Shown here in pieces: positions 1-11,300 of a stretch of DNA of 64,000 bases. Source of the stretch: an uncultured bacterium (GTDB lineage Bacteria; Actinomycetota; Acidimicrobiia; Spongiisociales; UBA5794). How positions within the stretch are numbered: the stretch's first letter is position 1; every line of letters begins with the position of its first letter. The DNA is taken from positions 288,001-352,000 of the forward strand of contig CAWDDT010000005.1 of assembly GCA_963801165.1 (NCBI GenBank). The letters are read 5' to 3'. The notes beneath the pieces are model-generated. The model was not told where the DNA came from. It made no database searches and saw only the letters and a program-made list of their open reading frames with translations. Made by a program: the position numbers and the translations under genes.

Positions 1-77
1 TCGAGAGCGGCACGGCTGCGCTCGGCAGGGCAAACACTCGCTGTGGCGCAGACGTGTATTCCAGATACTGCTAGGGG

Positions 78-104
78 GGAACCCAGCTTGGGTTTGCATA
101 CGTC
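78..104 (+). promoter_or_regulatory. Candidate ECF-sigma promoter (GGAAC-N18-CGTC)
   Basis: GGAAC at 78-82 and CGTC at 101-104, ending 3 nt before the ATG at 108. Resembles actinobacterial ECF promoter consensus. Confidence 0.35.
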
Positions 105-107
105 ACA

Positions 108-1871
108 ATGTGGATGATGAGGCGTCAGAGTCGGTGGTCGTTGCTTGCTGCTTTGCTGGCGCTTGCCGTGTCGGCTTGTGGCGTGTCGGATGGCGCGCCC
201 TCTGTCACCGAGTCGGAGACCGGGCGGGTTGTCGGCCACGAGGTCGAAGTTGATGCGTTCCGCGTGGATGTAACCGAGCAGGCGACTGCTGTCTTCGTGG
301 TGACGGGAACCGTTCCTTCTTCCTGTTACGAGGCAGTCTTTGGCTTCGAGGAGCCATCTAGCGACGGGGTCATGATCGGTTCTACGGAGTCTTTGTTCGA
401 TCCGACGTGCCGCGACGAAGGCGCCGCGGAGTTCTCGGTGTCAATGGAACTCACCGACCTTGCCCCGGACGATTATGTGGCTCGCCTTGATGAAACGTTC
501 GAGGCACGGTTCTCGATTCCTGATAAGGCGGCCGACGAAGCGGCACAGGATTCGGCAGCCGGCAACGTTCCCGGGGGTGCCCCGGTTGTCATGGCCGATT
601 GGGCCGCGTCCCCGTTCGAGGGAATTGTCCAGAGCTCAGATGTGGTCATTGTCGGGACGATCCAGACTGTTGACCCAATCACCAAGTGGAGCACACCGGA
701 CGGTGCACTCGAGCCAACCTACAGCAGCGGCGACATGCCGGGCGGTCTGCCCGAAGAGTGGCAGGAGCTCACAGTCTCAGTCGACCAGGTGATCGTGGAT
801 ATCCGAGGTTCTGTATCCACCACACCCGTGCTTGTGCGCTACCAGGTAACCCAACCCGGCTACCAACCAATCAGCGTGTCACAGCTGGGAGCACAGATCC
901 TGGTGTCGGCGTTCTTCTCTCGGGTGCCGTATACGGATGGTTCGATCGTGGAGCAACTGACCCTCGACCCGCAAGGCACCTACCTGGAAACCACCACCGG
1001 TGACATGGCGCAATTGTTTAGCGTCGTCGATGGTTCCTACTACAGCGCCCGGGGAAGAGGACAAAGCGATTGCAGCGAGGCCGATCTCGTCACTCTCGAC
1101 GAGCTCGTCACCAGAGCAACCGGTCCAAGCGCTGACAAAACCAAGTGGCTGGGCTATGGAGAAGAACCATCCCCCTGTCCCACTGCCGCCGTTCCGGCCA
1201 CGGGTGAGTTGGTGGTGCCTTCGTGCCAGGACAACGCCATGTGTCCCCTTGCGTTTGTTCTCAACGACGTGTCCTACACGGTGAGCTGTGCCGCCATCCA
1301 AGAGTCGGCGGTAACCGACGACATAGTCGGCAGCGGCGACTTCCACGGCGACAATGTCACGGTCCATCGCATCGACGGGGTCGACGATTCGGTGATGGTG
1401 GCGCTCAGTGTCCCGGGCGGCTTCTGTTCGGAGAACGACCCTGACGAACGGCACACTCCATGGAGCATGGCATTTGCCGACGGAGCCAACGACGAGCAAC
1501 TCTCGGACGCAGTCTGCCAAGTCGGTGAGCTCTCTGCCGCACAGCGACTCGCCAACGGATGTCATCTCGGGCAAGAACTCCTGACCTGCGGCTCAGGACC
1601 CGGGTTTCCCCCCGATGTACCCGACGATCTGACCGTTTACCCAGAACCAACCGACAGCTTCGGTGCCGATATCGCCGCTCTCCTCGGGACAGACGATCCA
1701 GACGAACTCGTCGGCTGGCACGTCATCGTCGAAGAACGACAAAGTGACGGGAGCTACATCCAACTCCTGCTTCGTGAAGACCCCAACAGCCGTGAGCTGC
1801 AGTACCTACTCGACGGCAGCGCCGAAACCTTTGACGCGCCGCGCCGCTGCGAGCCCGAAGCGCTCGACTAG
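108..1871 (+). CDS. Hypothetical lipoprotein, modular and Cys-rich
   Basis: Basic N-region, hydrophobic stretch and lipobox (LAVSA-C). Acidic 587-aa ORF with several Cys pairs. Start could be 108, 114 or 117. Confidence 0.75.
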   Translation: MWMMRRQSRWSLLAALLALAVSACGVSDGAPSVTESETGRVVGHEVEVDAFRVDVTEQATAVFVVTGTVPSSCYEAVFGFEEPSSDGVMIGSTESLFDPTCRDEGAAEFSVSMELTDLAPDDYVARLDETFEARFSIPDKAADEAAQDSAAGNVPGGAPVVMADWAASPFEGIVQSSDVVIVGTIQTVDPITKWSTPDGALEPTYSSGDMPGGLPEEWQELTVSVDQVIVDIRGSVSTTPVLVRYQVTQPGYQPISVSQLGAQILVSAFFSRVPYTDGSIVEQLTLDPQGTYLETTTGDMAQLFSVVDGSYYSARGRGQSDCSEADLVTLDELVTRATGPSADKTKWLGYGEEPSPCPTAAVPATGELVVPSCQDNAMCPLAFVLNDVSYTVSCAAIQESAVTDDIVGSGDFHGDNVTVHRIDGVDDSVMVALSVPGGFCSENDPDERHTPWSMAFADGANDEQLSDAVCQVGELSAAQRLANGCHLGQELLTCGSGPGFPPDVPDDLTVYPEPTDSFGADIAALLGTDDPDELVGWHVIVEERQSDGSYIQLLLREDPNSRELQYLLDGSAETFDAPRRCEPEALD

Positions 1872-2033
1872 TCCGACGACGCGGCGCATCCGTTCACCGC
1901 CACAGGGCCAAGAGCGAGACCTCATTCAGCATCTCAGAGGCAGCAGATCCCGGCCCCACCCAGGATCGTCAGGTATCGGTCGAGCGCACATTTCGCCAAG
2001 TGTCCGAGATCGGCAGACTTCGATGGCTGTCAC

Positions 2034-2639
2034 TCAAACCAGCTCACGCGCCTCTTCGAGGTTCTCCTTTGCCTCGTTGAGGGCGGCGACGGATACGAGT
2101 AGGGCGGCAAGCGGGTCTGCCCACCACCATCCGAAGGCCGCGTTCGCGGCAAGACCGAGCAGCACACCGAGGGCAAGCGCCGCATCGAGAAGCGACATCC
2201 GGGCCTCCGCCGATAGTGGCTCGCTGTGGAGATGTGCGCCCGTCGCCCGTTTGGCCAACCCGAGCAGGAGCATGGCGAGGACGGTGATTGTCATATAGGC
2301 GATGCCCCACGGCGACTCGCCCGGCACCGCATGGGTTGCGAGCGCCCAGATCGCCCCGGCGGAGACGACCAGCGCCAACCCGGCAAAGGCAAACGCGACG
2401 AGACGCAAGGCAAGAGCAGTGACCCGGTCGCTGTCTCGCCCGGGGTGCCGCAGGTGCCAGACAACGACCCCCGAGGCGAACAGCTCCACCATCGTGTCCA
2501 GCCCGAATGCGACCAGGGCAAGAGAGGCAGCGGCGATACCCAGCGCGATCGTGATCGTCATCTCGACCACGTTCCAGCCGATCGTCAGGTACTCGAGTCG
2601 AACGGCACGTTTCTCGAGATCTTGCTTCTGGTCGGTCAT
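2034..2639 (-). CDS. Cation efflux (CDF-like) transporter, membrane domain only
   Basis: LEYLTIGWNVVE, AFGLD and GWWWADPLAAL motifs with about 6 TM segments. Start moved to MTDQKQ (ATG at 2639). Confidence 0.8.
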   Translation of the reverse strand: MTDQKQDLEKRAVRLEYLTIGWNVVEMTITIALGIAAASLALVAFGLDTMVELFASGVVVWHLRHPGRDSDRVTALALRLVAFAFAGLALVVSAGAIWALATHAVPGESPWGIAYMTITVLAMLLLGLAKRATGAHLHSEPLSAEARMSLLDAALALGVLLGLAANAAFGWWWADPLAALLVSVAALNEAKENLEEARELV

Positions 2640-2695
2640 AGCGGCCGCCAGTGTCGCAGATCGCGGCCCATTGGCGCTGCAACCGTCGAGTAGCG

Positions 2696-2746
2696 ACAAA
2701 GCCCGCAAGCCCCCGACACCTGTTCGGTGCCGGGGGCTGCTGCGGG
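2696..2746 (-). terminator. Intrinsic terminator-like hairpin
   Basis: Minus strand reads CCCGCAGCAGCCCCCGGCACC-GAACA-GGTGTCGGGGGCTTGCGGG followed by CTTTGT. Confidence 0.55.
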
Positions 2747-3062
2747 ATAGCCCCTACCTCTGGTCGGATGCTTGGGTCTGTGCTGCCTACCCGCTCCCCC
2801 TACCGCGAGCCGACGGCACCGCCAAGACGAACCCCACGGCGACACACCCCCCGATAGCGCCGTGCTGTCCAGACCGGTCTGTCCATTCCCGATAACAAGA
2901 CCAACAAGGCGCGCTCGTGATACAGCGTTTTCGCTACAAGGCGAGATTGCGGAGACGAAGCGCCCAGCCACGCGGCGTGGCATCGACCAAGCAAGGGCTA
3001 TGCCACCCCCCGTCAACGCACCCGGCGAGATAGGGTGATGCCGACATGCAGGAGACCAACAA

Positions 3063-3587
3063 GTGATCAGGTCGATCAAGTCCTGGCTGTACAGAAAGCT
3101 CGCCGTGAAGAAGAACGTCGCTATCGGCGCTCGCTTTCACGTGGGCCCGTTCAGCAGGATCTGGGCGCCGAACCGGCTTGTATTCGGCGACGATTGCTAC
3201 GTCGGGAAGTACTGCACGATCGAGGTCGACGGCGAGATCGGCGATGGGGTGCTCATTGCCAACAACGTGGGCCTGGTAGGCAGAGTCGATCACGATATCC
3301 ACGAAGTCGGCATGCTGATCAGCCGGTCGCGTTGGATCGGCGACCCGGATTACAACCCGGAGCGGACGACCATCAGGGTCGAGGACGACGTGTGGATCGG
3401 TTTTGGGGCCGTCGTCCTGAGTGGGGTGACCATCGGCCGCGGCGCCATCGTGGCGTCCGGGTCCGTCGTCACCAAGGACATACCGCCGTACGCCATCGTC
3501 GGCGGCAACCCCGCCAAGGTTCTCGCCCAGCGGTTCGACGAGGAGACGGCCGCAGAGCACGAGCGGCTGCTGAAGAAGCGTCGCTAG
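3063..3587 (+). CDS. Hexapeptide-repeat (left-handed beta-helix) acyltransferase
   Basis: [47 protein letters not shown] motif. GGAGA SD upstream of the GTG. Confidence 0.9.
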   Translation: MIRSIKSWLYRKLAVKKNVAIGARFHVGPFSRIWAPNRLVFGDDCYVGKYCTIEVDGEIGDGVLIANNVGLVGRVDHDIHEVGMLISRSRWIGDPDYNPERTTIRVEDDVWIGFGAVVLSGVTIGRGAIVASGSVVTKDIPPYAIVGGNPAKVLAQRFDEETAAEHERLLKKRR

Positions 3588-3649
3588 CAACGGCACACAC
3601 CGGTCCGACGGGCCGGAATGGACCTACTGGACCCGGTGTTGTTAGGCAC

Positions 3650-4459
3650 ATGGCCAGACCGCTCACCCTCCTCCTCACGCTCACGTTGTTGCTCGGCGCC
3701 TGCAGCTCGAGTGGAACGAACGACACGACCATCCACGCGTTCTCCGAGGTTCAGGCGTCCGACTTCGTCTTTATGGCCGACCCGACCAATCCGGCGCGGG
3801 GCCTCTTCCAGGTCACCACCACCGAGCCGATGATCTGCGCGATCGTCTGGGGCGAGACCACCGACTACGGCAACTTCAACAACTCGCTGAACATGGCCGG
3901 AACCGGGATCGTGCAGCACGACGTGTTCCTCCCCGGCGCCCAGCCCGGTGTCGAGTACCACTACATCGTTCAAGGATCGACCGCAGACGGCACCCTGTAC
4001 CAGTCGGATCCGGGTACCTTCACCATCCCGGCTACCGAGGCCACCAGCGACACAGTCGACCGGGGCCCGGACCTCGCCCTCGGAGCGACGATCACGGCGG
4101 TGAGCTCGGAGTTCAACGACGCCTTTGCGGCCAGCAAGGCCGTCGACGGCGATCTGACTACGGAGTGGTCGACGGCGGGCGACGGCGACAATGCCTCGAT
4201 CACCCTCGACCTCGGCCAGCCGACACACGTGGCCACGATCGAGTTTCTCACCCGTTCGATGACCGACGGCACCGCGATCACCAACACCTTCACGGTGTCG
4301 GTCGACGGCGGCCAACCGCTCGGTCCGTTCTCGGCAGGGAATCCCGCCGACCCGCAGCCGGCATCGGTCGACGTCACAGGCACCCAGTTCGCCTTCCAGG
4401 TGGTCTCCTCAACGGGTGGCAACACCGGCGCCGTAGAGATCCAGATGTTCGGGAGCTGA
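3650..4459 (+). CDS. Lipoprotein with C-terminal discoidin (F5/8 type C) domain
   Basis: MARPLTLLLTLTLLLGA-C lipobox. ASKAVDGDLTTEWST...ITLDLG...AVEIQMFG discoidin pattern. Start moved to ATG at 3650. Confidence 0.8.
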   Translation: MARPLTLLLTLTLLLGACSSSGTNDTTIHAFSEVQASDFVFMADPTNPARGLFQVTTTEPMICAIVWGETTDYGNFNNSLNMAGTGIVQHDVFLPGAQPGVEYHYIVQGSTADGTLYQSDPGTFTIPATEATSDTVDRGPDLALGATITAVSSEFNDAFAASKAVDGDLTTEWSTAGDGDNASITLDLGQPTHVATIEFLTRSMTDGTAITNTFTVSVDGGQPLGPFSAGNPADPQPASVDVTGTQFAFQVVSSTGGNTGAVEIQMFGS

Positions 4460-4473
4460 CGTCGTACAGATCG

Positions 4474-4881
4474 TTACAGGAACGGGTTGCGAACGGCCAC
4501 CCCGGAGATGATCTGACGGTCGTTGAGGTCCTCGGTGAGAAGCTCATCGCACCCGGAGCGGGCGGCGGCCTGAACGATCTGAGCATCCCACAGAGACAGC
4601 GAGTCGCGGTCGGCGATCTCTGCGGCTCCCCGCACCAGTCGATCGTCGATCGCCACGATCGGGAGCTTGCTCAGATGCTCGAAAGCCCTCATCGCCTCGG
4701 CGTGGGTAACGGGCGGTGTCAGCTTGTGCGTCGTGACGACGTAGAACTCGCTGAGTACCTGAGCGCTGGTGACGTAATCGACACCCGGGTCCTCGAGAAG
4801 CGCCTGTGCGACCGCCCGCTTGGTCGGCTCAGACCGATCGAAAGCGTAGACAAGGATGTTCGTGTCCAGGAAGACGCGCAT
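4474..4881 (-). CDS. vapC: PIN-domain (VapC-like) toxin
   Basis: FLDTNILVY, QVLSEF, SLWDAQI and LLTEDLN acidic PIN residues. ATG overlaps the antitoxin stop codon. Confidence 0.9.
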   Translation of the reverse strand: MRVFLDTNILVYAFDRSEPTKRAVAQALLEDPGVDYVTSAQVLSEFYVVTTHKLTPPVTHAEAMRAFEHLSKLPIVAIDDRLVRGAAEIADRDSLSLWDAQIVQAAARSGCDELLTEDLNDRQIISGVAVRNPFL

Positions 4882-5117
4882 CAACTCTCCTCGTAGAGCT
4901 CATCCCGCGTCCACGCCCGACCTGAACCGTCCGCGCCGCTTGCGACCGATTTCGCCAGATCGACCAGATCGCCGAGAACGCCACGGTGACGATCCACGCC
5001 GGCGTATACCTCCAGATAGTCGCGCACGACGGCATTCACCGAAGTCCCTTGTTCGAGCGCACGAATGCGCGCCCTCCTGAGCACATCGCTATCAATCGCT
5101 AGGGTCAGATTTGACAC
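4881..5117 (-). CDS. Ribbon-helix-helix antitoxin (VapB-like)
   Basis: SNLTLAIDSDVLRRARIRALEQGTSVNAVVRDYL RHH pattern and C-terminal WTRDELYE. GTG at 5117 lies 6 nt after TGC-TACACT (leaderless). Confidence 0.85.
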   Translation of the reverse strand: MSNLTLAIDSDVLRRARIRALEQGTSVNAVVRDYLEVYAGVDRHRGVLGDLVDLAKSVASGADGSGRAWTRDELYEES

Positions 5118-5320
5118 AGGACCAGTGTAGCACGGGGTATGTGAGATGCTCATAGGTCGACCGTATCAGACAACGAGCCCACCCTCCATCCCTGTGCGCG
5201 GACGGCTGCTGGCAGGAGACCACTCCGTGGTGGCCACCCGAGCTTTGACCGTCGGCGAGTTCGAGCCCGGTCTGGCTTCGTTCCGTACGCCGTACTCCGA
5301 CCGCAACCCGAGACGCTCGG

Positions 5321-5350
5321 AGCCCCCGGTCACCGAGGTGACCGGGGGCT
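5321..5350 (-). terminator. Hairpin terminator of the giant surface-protein gene
   Basis: AGCCCCCGGTCACC-GA-GGTGACCGGGGGCT perfect 14-bp stem about 50 nt past the stop codon. Confidence 0.75.
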
Positions 5351-5352
5351 TG

Positions 5353-5394
5353 TCGAGGCCGGAACTTCGTTCCTATCGAGGCCGGAACTTCGTT
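5353..5394. repeat. Tandem duplication of TCGAGGCCGGAACTTCGTT (period 23)
   Basis: Exact 19-mers at 5353-5371 and 5376-5394. Confidence 0.9.
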
Positions 5395-5399
5395 GGGCG

Positions 5400-8300
5400 C
5401 TACATCTCGCGACGCTTTCGGGAGTAGAGGACCATGCCTGCGCCTGCGGAGAGCATCATCAGGGCGGCGATGAACAGATCGCCGAAGTTGCCGCCGGTGA
5501 ACGGGAGCGTGTCGGGCGGCGGCTCGTCGCCACCCGGGGGATCCTCGGGACCGGGCAACGTAACCGGGGTCACCGCAATGGTGTGGGTGTGCAAGATGCA
5601 GATCTGCGGGACGTCGTCGTCGCAGACCTGAACAACGATCTGGTAGGTGCCGATCTCCTCGGTGACACCGCTGAACGTACCGTCGGGGTTGAGCGTGATC
5701 CCGGGTGGCAGCTCACCGCTGACGTAGGTGACCGTCACCGGGCCACCGTCGGGATCCGAAACCGGGATCGGCGATAGCGGGTCGCCGACGACGACCGACT
5801 GGAACGAAGCTTCCGGCCCGGGTGGCTGGTTGACCTTGTTGACGGTGACGGTGACCGTCGCCGTGTCGCACAGACCAGTCGCCGGGACACCACCGACCGG
5901 ACCGCCCACCTCACAGATCGTGTAGGTGAACGTGTCGGTGCCGACAAACCCGGAATTCGGCGTGTAGGTGATGGTGCCGTCGGGGTTGACGACGACGGTG
6001 CCGTTGAGCGGAGGGGTCGTACTGTCGACCGCGAAGGCGTGGCCGTCCGGGTCGCTGTCGTTGCTGAGCACCGAGATGACCACCGGTGTGTCCTGGTCGG
6101 TGACAGCACTGTCGTCGACTGCAACCGGGGGACGGTTGCCCACCAGCGGGAAGTCGACATCGAGATCGGTCTCACCGGCACCGAGCGTCAGCGTGACCGG
6201 TGGGGCCGTGCCGAGATCAGCCGGGATGGTCGCATCGTCCATCTCGACCCGGTATCCGCCTGCCGGAAGACCATCGACCAGGTACCGACCGTCGGGGTCG
6301 GTGACTGTCGTGAACACGATGTCGTCGGCCGTACCGATGACGCCGTCGCCGCCTGCCCAGGTCACATTGACGGTGACACCCGCCACACCCGGCTCACCGG
6401 CGCCGAACACACCGTTCCGGTCGACATCCTCGAACACCTGATCGCCGATGCTGCCCGAACCGGCCAGCGGGAAGTCCGCATCGTCACGAGCCTCCGCCGC
6501 CACCAGCGTCACCATCTGGCTCGTGGCGCCGGTGAGACCCGCCGGAACATTACCGATGACGACACTGAAGTCACCGGCGGGGAGACCGTCGACCTCGTAC
6601 CGACCGTCAGATGTCGTGGTGGTGGTGAACACCAGATCGTCGCCGCCGCCGATGACGCCGTCCGGGCCGAACCAGGTGACGGTGACGTCCACACCACCGA
6701 TGCCCGGCTCACCCGGATCCTGGACGCCGTTGCCGTCGAGATCGAGGAACACCTGGTCGCCGATGGAGCCGGTGGCCGTGTAGGCGAAGTCGATGGTGTC
6801 TCCCGTCGAACCCGGCGGCAGGGTCAGCGTGGTAGCGCTGTCGAGGGTGCCGTCGGGGTCGACGGTCGGGAAGTCGACACCGGCGGGGAGGGCGCCCGTG
6901 TCGACCGTGATCTCGTAGAGCCCGGGCGGCACCAGGTCGAAGCCGTAGTTGCCGTTGCCGTCGGTGGTCGTGTTGAGCACCTCATCGTCTGCGGTGCCGA
7001 AGACCCCGTCGAGACCCGCCCAGGTGGCCGCCATCGGGATCCCGTCGAGACCGATGTCGCTCGGGTCGATGACGCCGTCGCCCGCCACGTCGTGGGCGAT
7101 GGTGCCGCTCAGATTGCCGCGAGCCAGCGCCACCACGTCGGCGTTGTCCTCGTCGGATAGTGCGTTCCCGAGCGGGTCGGTGGCGGTGACGGTGGCAGTG
7201 TTGGTGAAATCGTCGGTGGCTGTGACGACGCACGTGTAGGAAACCGGCGGTGAGCCGACGGGCAGGTCGCCGATGGCGTTGTCGCAGGCCGGGACCAGCG
7301 GGTCGGTGACGGCGACCTTGGTCAGGTCGGTCTGGCCGGTGTTGGTGACGATGATGGTGAAGGTGGCGTCGTCGCCCTCGACCACGGTCTGGATGTCGGG
7401 GGTCTTCTGGATGTCGATACCGGGCACGAGCACGGTGACGTCTGCAGTGTCGCTGTCGGTGACCTCGAGCCCGATCGGGTCGGTTCCGGAGACATCGGCC
7501 GTATTGGTGAAGCCGGCGGTGACATCACTCACAGTGCACGTGTATGAGGTGCTGGCTCCGGCCGCCAGGTCGCCGATGGTGCCGTCGCAGGCGGGCACCA
7601 GGGCGTCGGTGACGGTGACACCGGTCAGGTCGACGTCGCCGGTGTTGGCGACCTCGATGGTGAAGGTGGCAGCGTCGCCGGCGACCACGGTCTGGCCGTC
7701 GGGCGACTTCTGGATCGAGATGGCCGGAGCGATCACATCGACGTAGGCGCTGTCGCTGTCGGTGACCGGGTTGCCGATCGGGTCGTCACCGGTGACGTCT
7801 GCGGTGTTGGTGAAGTCCGCGGCGCCCGCGGTCATCGAGCACGTGTAGGAGGTTGTGTCACTGACGGCAAGGTCGCCGACGACGTTGTCACAGGCCGGGG
7901 CGGTGGCGTCGGTCACAGTGACGTTGCTGAGCGCCACGCCACCCGTGTTGGTGACGGTGATGGTGAAGTCGACCGTGTCGCCGGTGCGGGCCTGCTGCAG
8001 ATCCGGGGTCTTCTGGATCTCGATACCCGGCACGACCACGGTCACGTCCGCCGTGTCGCTGCCGGTGACCGTTGCCCCGATCGGGTCGGTGCCGGTGGCG
8101 GTCGCCGTGTTGGTGAAGTCCGCGGTGACGCCGGCGAGCGAGCAGGTGACGGTCGTGGTTGCTCCAACGGCCAAGTCGCCGACGGTCGTGTCACAGTCGG
8201 GCGCAAGCGGGTCACTCACCGTGACCCCGGTCAGATCGACATCGCCGGTGTTGGAGACGGTGATGGTGAACGTCGCCGTCCCGTTGACCACGATGGCCTG

Positions 8301-11300
8301 GTTGCCGGGGGTCTTCTCGATGGCGAGACCCGGAGCAATCACGTCGACGGCGGCATCGTCGGAGTCGGACACCGGGTTTCCGAGCACGTCGCTGCCGGCG
8401 ACCGAGGCGATGTTGGTGAAGTCGGCAATGACGCCCGCTGCGGTGCAGTCATATGACGTGCTCTCCCCGACCGCCAGGGCGGCGATGGTGTTGTCACACG
8501 CCGGAGTCAGCGCATCGGTGACGGTGAGGTCGACCAGCTCCTGGTCGCCGGTGTTGGTGACGGTAATGGTGAAAGTGACGTCTTCGCCGCTGTGGATCTG
8601 CTGGGTGTCGGGAGTCTTCTGGATCTCGACGCCGGGGGTCACTATCTCGACCGCGGCATCGTCGCTGTCGCTCACCTGGGTACCGATCGGGGTGTCGGCG
8701 GTTGCCGTGGCTACGTTGGTGAAGCTCGCCGGCACACCGGTGACGGTGCAGGTGACCGTTTCGCCAGCGCCGATGGTGAGTGAGGCGAACGTGGCGTCAC
8801 AGCCCGGGGCGAGCGGATCGCTGACCACGATGTTGGTGAGATCGGTGTCGCCGGTGTTGGTGACGGTGACCGTGAACGAGGCGTCCTCACCGGCCAGCAG
8901 CGTCTGCAGGTTCGGGGTCTTGCTGACCGTGATCGCCGGGTCGACGAAATCGACGTCTGCCGTGTCGCTGTCGGCGACGGGGTTGCCCAACGGGTCATCG
9001 GCGGTGACCGAAGCGGTGTTGGTGAAGTCGGCGGCTACCCCGGTGACGTCGCAGTCGTACGAGGTGCTCTCACCGATCGCCAGCGCGGCGATGGTGGCGT
9101 CACATGCCGGGGCGAGGGGGTCGCTGACCGTGATGTTGTTGAGCGGGGTGGCTCCGGCATTGGTGACGGTAATGGTGAACGTCGCCGTTCCGCCGGGGCC
9201 GACCAGCTGGGTATCGGGTGTCTTCTGGATGTCGATGCCGGGCAGCAGCACGGTGACATCTGCGGTGTCACTGTCGGAGACCGGGCCGACCGCGCTGTCT
9301 GCGGTGACCGAGGCGGTGTTAGTGAAGTCGGCGGCGGTGGCGGTGCCGTCGCAGGCATAGGTCTCGGTAGCGCCGACGGCCAGGGAGGCGAAGGTGGCAT
9401 CGCAGGCCGGGGCGAGGGCATCGGTGACGACGACGTTGCTGAGGTCGATGTCGCCGGTGTTGGTCACCCCGATGGTGAAGGTCGGCGTGCCGTTGAGCCC
9501 GACCGACTGAAGGTCAGGGGTCTTGGCGATGCTGACCGCCGGGTTGACCACATCGACGTCGGCGCTGTCACTGTCCGTCGCCGGGTTGCCCACCGTGTCG
9601 GTAGCGGTGACAGCGGCGACGTTGGTGAAGTCGTCGGTGACCACGTTGACCGTGCAGTCGTACGAGGTGCTCTCCCCGACCGCGAGGGCGGCGATGGTGG
9701 TGTCGCAGGCCGGGGCCAATGCGTCGGTGACGGCCACGTCGATGAGCGGCACGACACCGGCGTTGGTGACCGTGATGGTGAAGGTCACGTCGCTGCCCGG
9801 TGCGGCCAGCTGGGTGTCGGGGGTCTTCTGGATGTCGATCTGCGGCACCAGCACCACCACGTCTGCGCTGTCGGAAGCGGTCACCGTGCCGCCGGCGGGA
9901 TGGGTGGCCACCACCGATGCCGTATTGGTGAAATCGGCTGTGACATCGGCGACGGTGCAGTTGACGGTCTGGGAGGCGCCGATCCCGAGGTTCGGGATGA
10001 CGGCGTCGCAGCCGGGTGCCCGCGGATCGCTGATGGTGACATCGGTAAGCGGGCTGTCGCCGGTGTTGCTGACGGTGATGGTGAAGGAGGCGTCCTCACC
10101 GGCCAGGAGTTGCTGGAGCGCCGGGTCCTTGGCGAGGCTGATTGCCGGGTTGATCACCACAACGTCTGCGGTGTCCTCGTCGGTGACGGTGCCACCGGCG
10201 GGGTGGGTGCCGACCACCGAGGCAGTGTTGGTGAAGTCTGCACCGACCCCGGTCGCAACGCAGCTGTAGCTGGTGGAGGCGCCGGCCGCCAGGTCGCCGA
10301 CAGTCGCATCGCAGGCGGGCACCAGGGCGTCGGTCACGGCGACATCGGTCAGATCCACATCGCCGGTGTTAGTGACGGTGATGGTGAAGGTGGCGTCGCT
10401 GCCGCTGGTTACGAACTGGCTGTCGGGGGTCTTGTCGATAGTGATCGCCGGGTTGACCACGTCGACGGCAGCGTCGTCGGAATCGCTCACTGTGTTGCCC
10501 AGCGAGTCGTCGCCAACCACCGAGGCGGTGTTGGTGAAGTCTGCTGTAACGGCCGGGACGGTGCAGGTGTACGAGGTGTTGGCGCCGACGGCGAAGTCGC
10601 CGATGGTGGCGTCGCAGTCGGGGGCGGCCGGGTCGGTCACCTGGACGCCGGTGAGGTCGACGTCGCCGCTGTTGGTGACCGTGATGGTGAACGTCGCATT
10701 CTGACCAGCGAGCACCGGGGTGTTGTCGGCGGTCTTGGTAAGTGTGATCGCCGGGGCGATGACATTGACGTCGGCAGTGTCCTCGTCGGTGACGGTACCG
10801 CCGAGCGGGTGGGTGCCAACGACGGACGCCGTGTTAGTGACGTCGGCGGTGAGCGCCGGCATCGTGCACGAGTACGTGGTCGCCTCGCCGGAAGCCAGAT
10901 CGCCGATCGCGGCGTCACAGCCGGGCGCCAGAGCGTCGGTGACGGAGACATCGGTCAGCGGGTCGGTGCCAACATTGGTGACGGTGATAGTGAAGGTGGC
11001 GTCGACGCCGATGACGATGACGGGGGTATCTGCGGTCTTGACGATCTCGATCGCCGGGGCGCTGACGATGACGACGGCGTCGTCGCTGTCGCCGACCGGG
11101 TTGCCCAGCGGGTCGGTGGCCGTGACGTCGGCGACATTGGTGAACCCGGTGGTTACCCCGACCACTGTGCAGCCGTAGCTAGCGGTCTCGCCGGCGGCGA
11201 GGTTGCCGATGGTGCCGTCGCAGCCCGGCGCCTGGGCGTCGGTGACGGCGACATCGGTCAGATCGACATCACCGGTGTTGGTGACCGTGATCGTGAAGGT

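Noticed and set aside
3597-3640. Imperfect hairpin ACACCGG-TCC...GGA-C-CCGGTGT between the acyltransferase and discoidin genes
   Set aside because: Single weak hairpin with no match to the repeat families. Probably an ordinary terminator or pause site.
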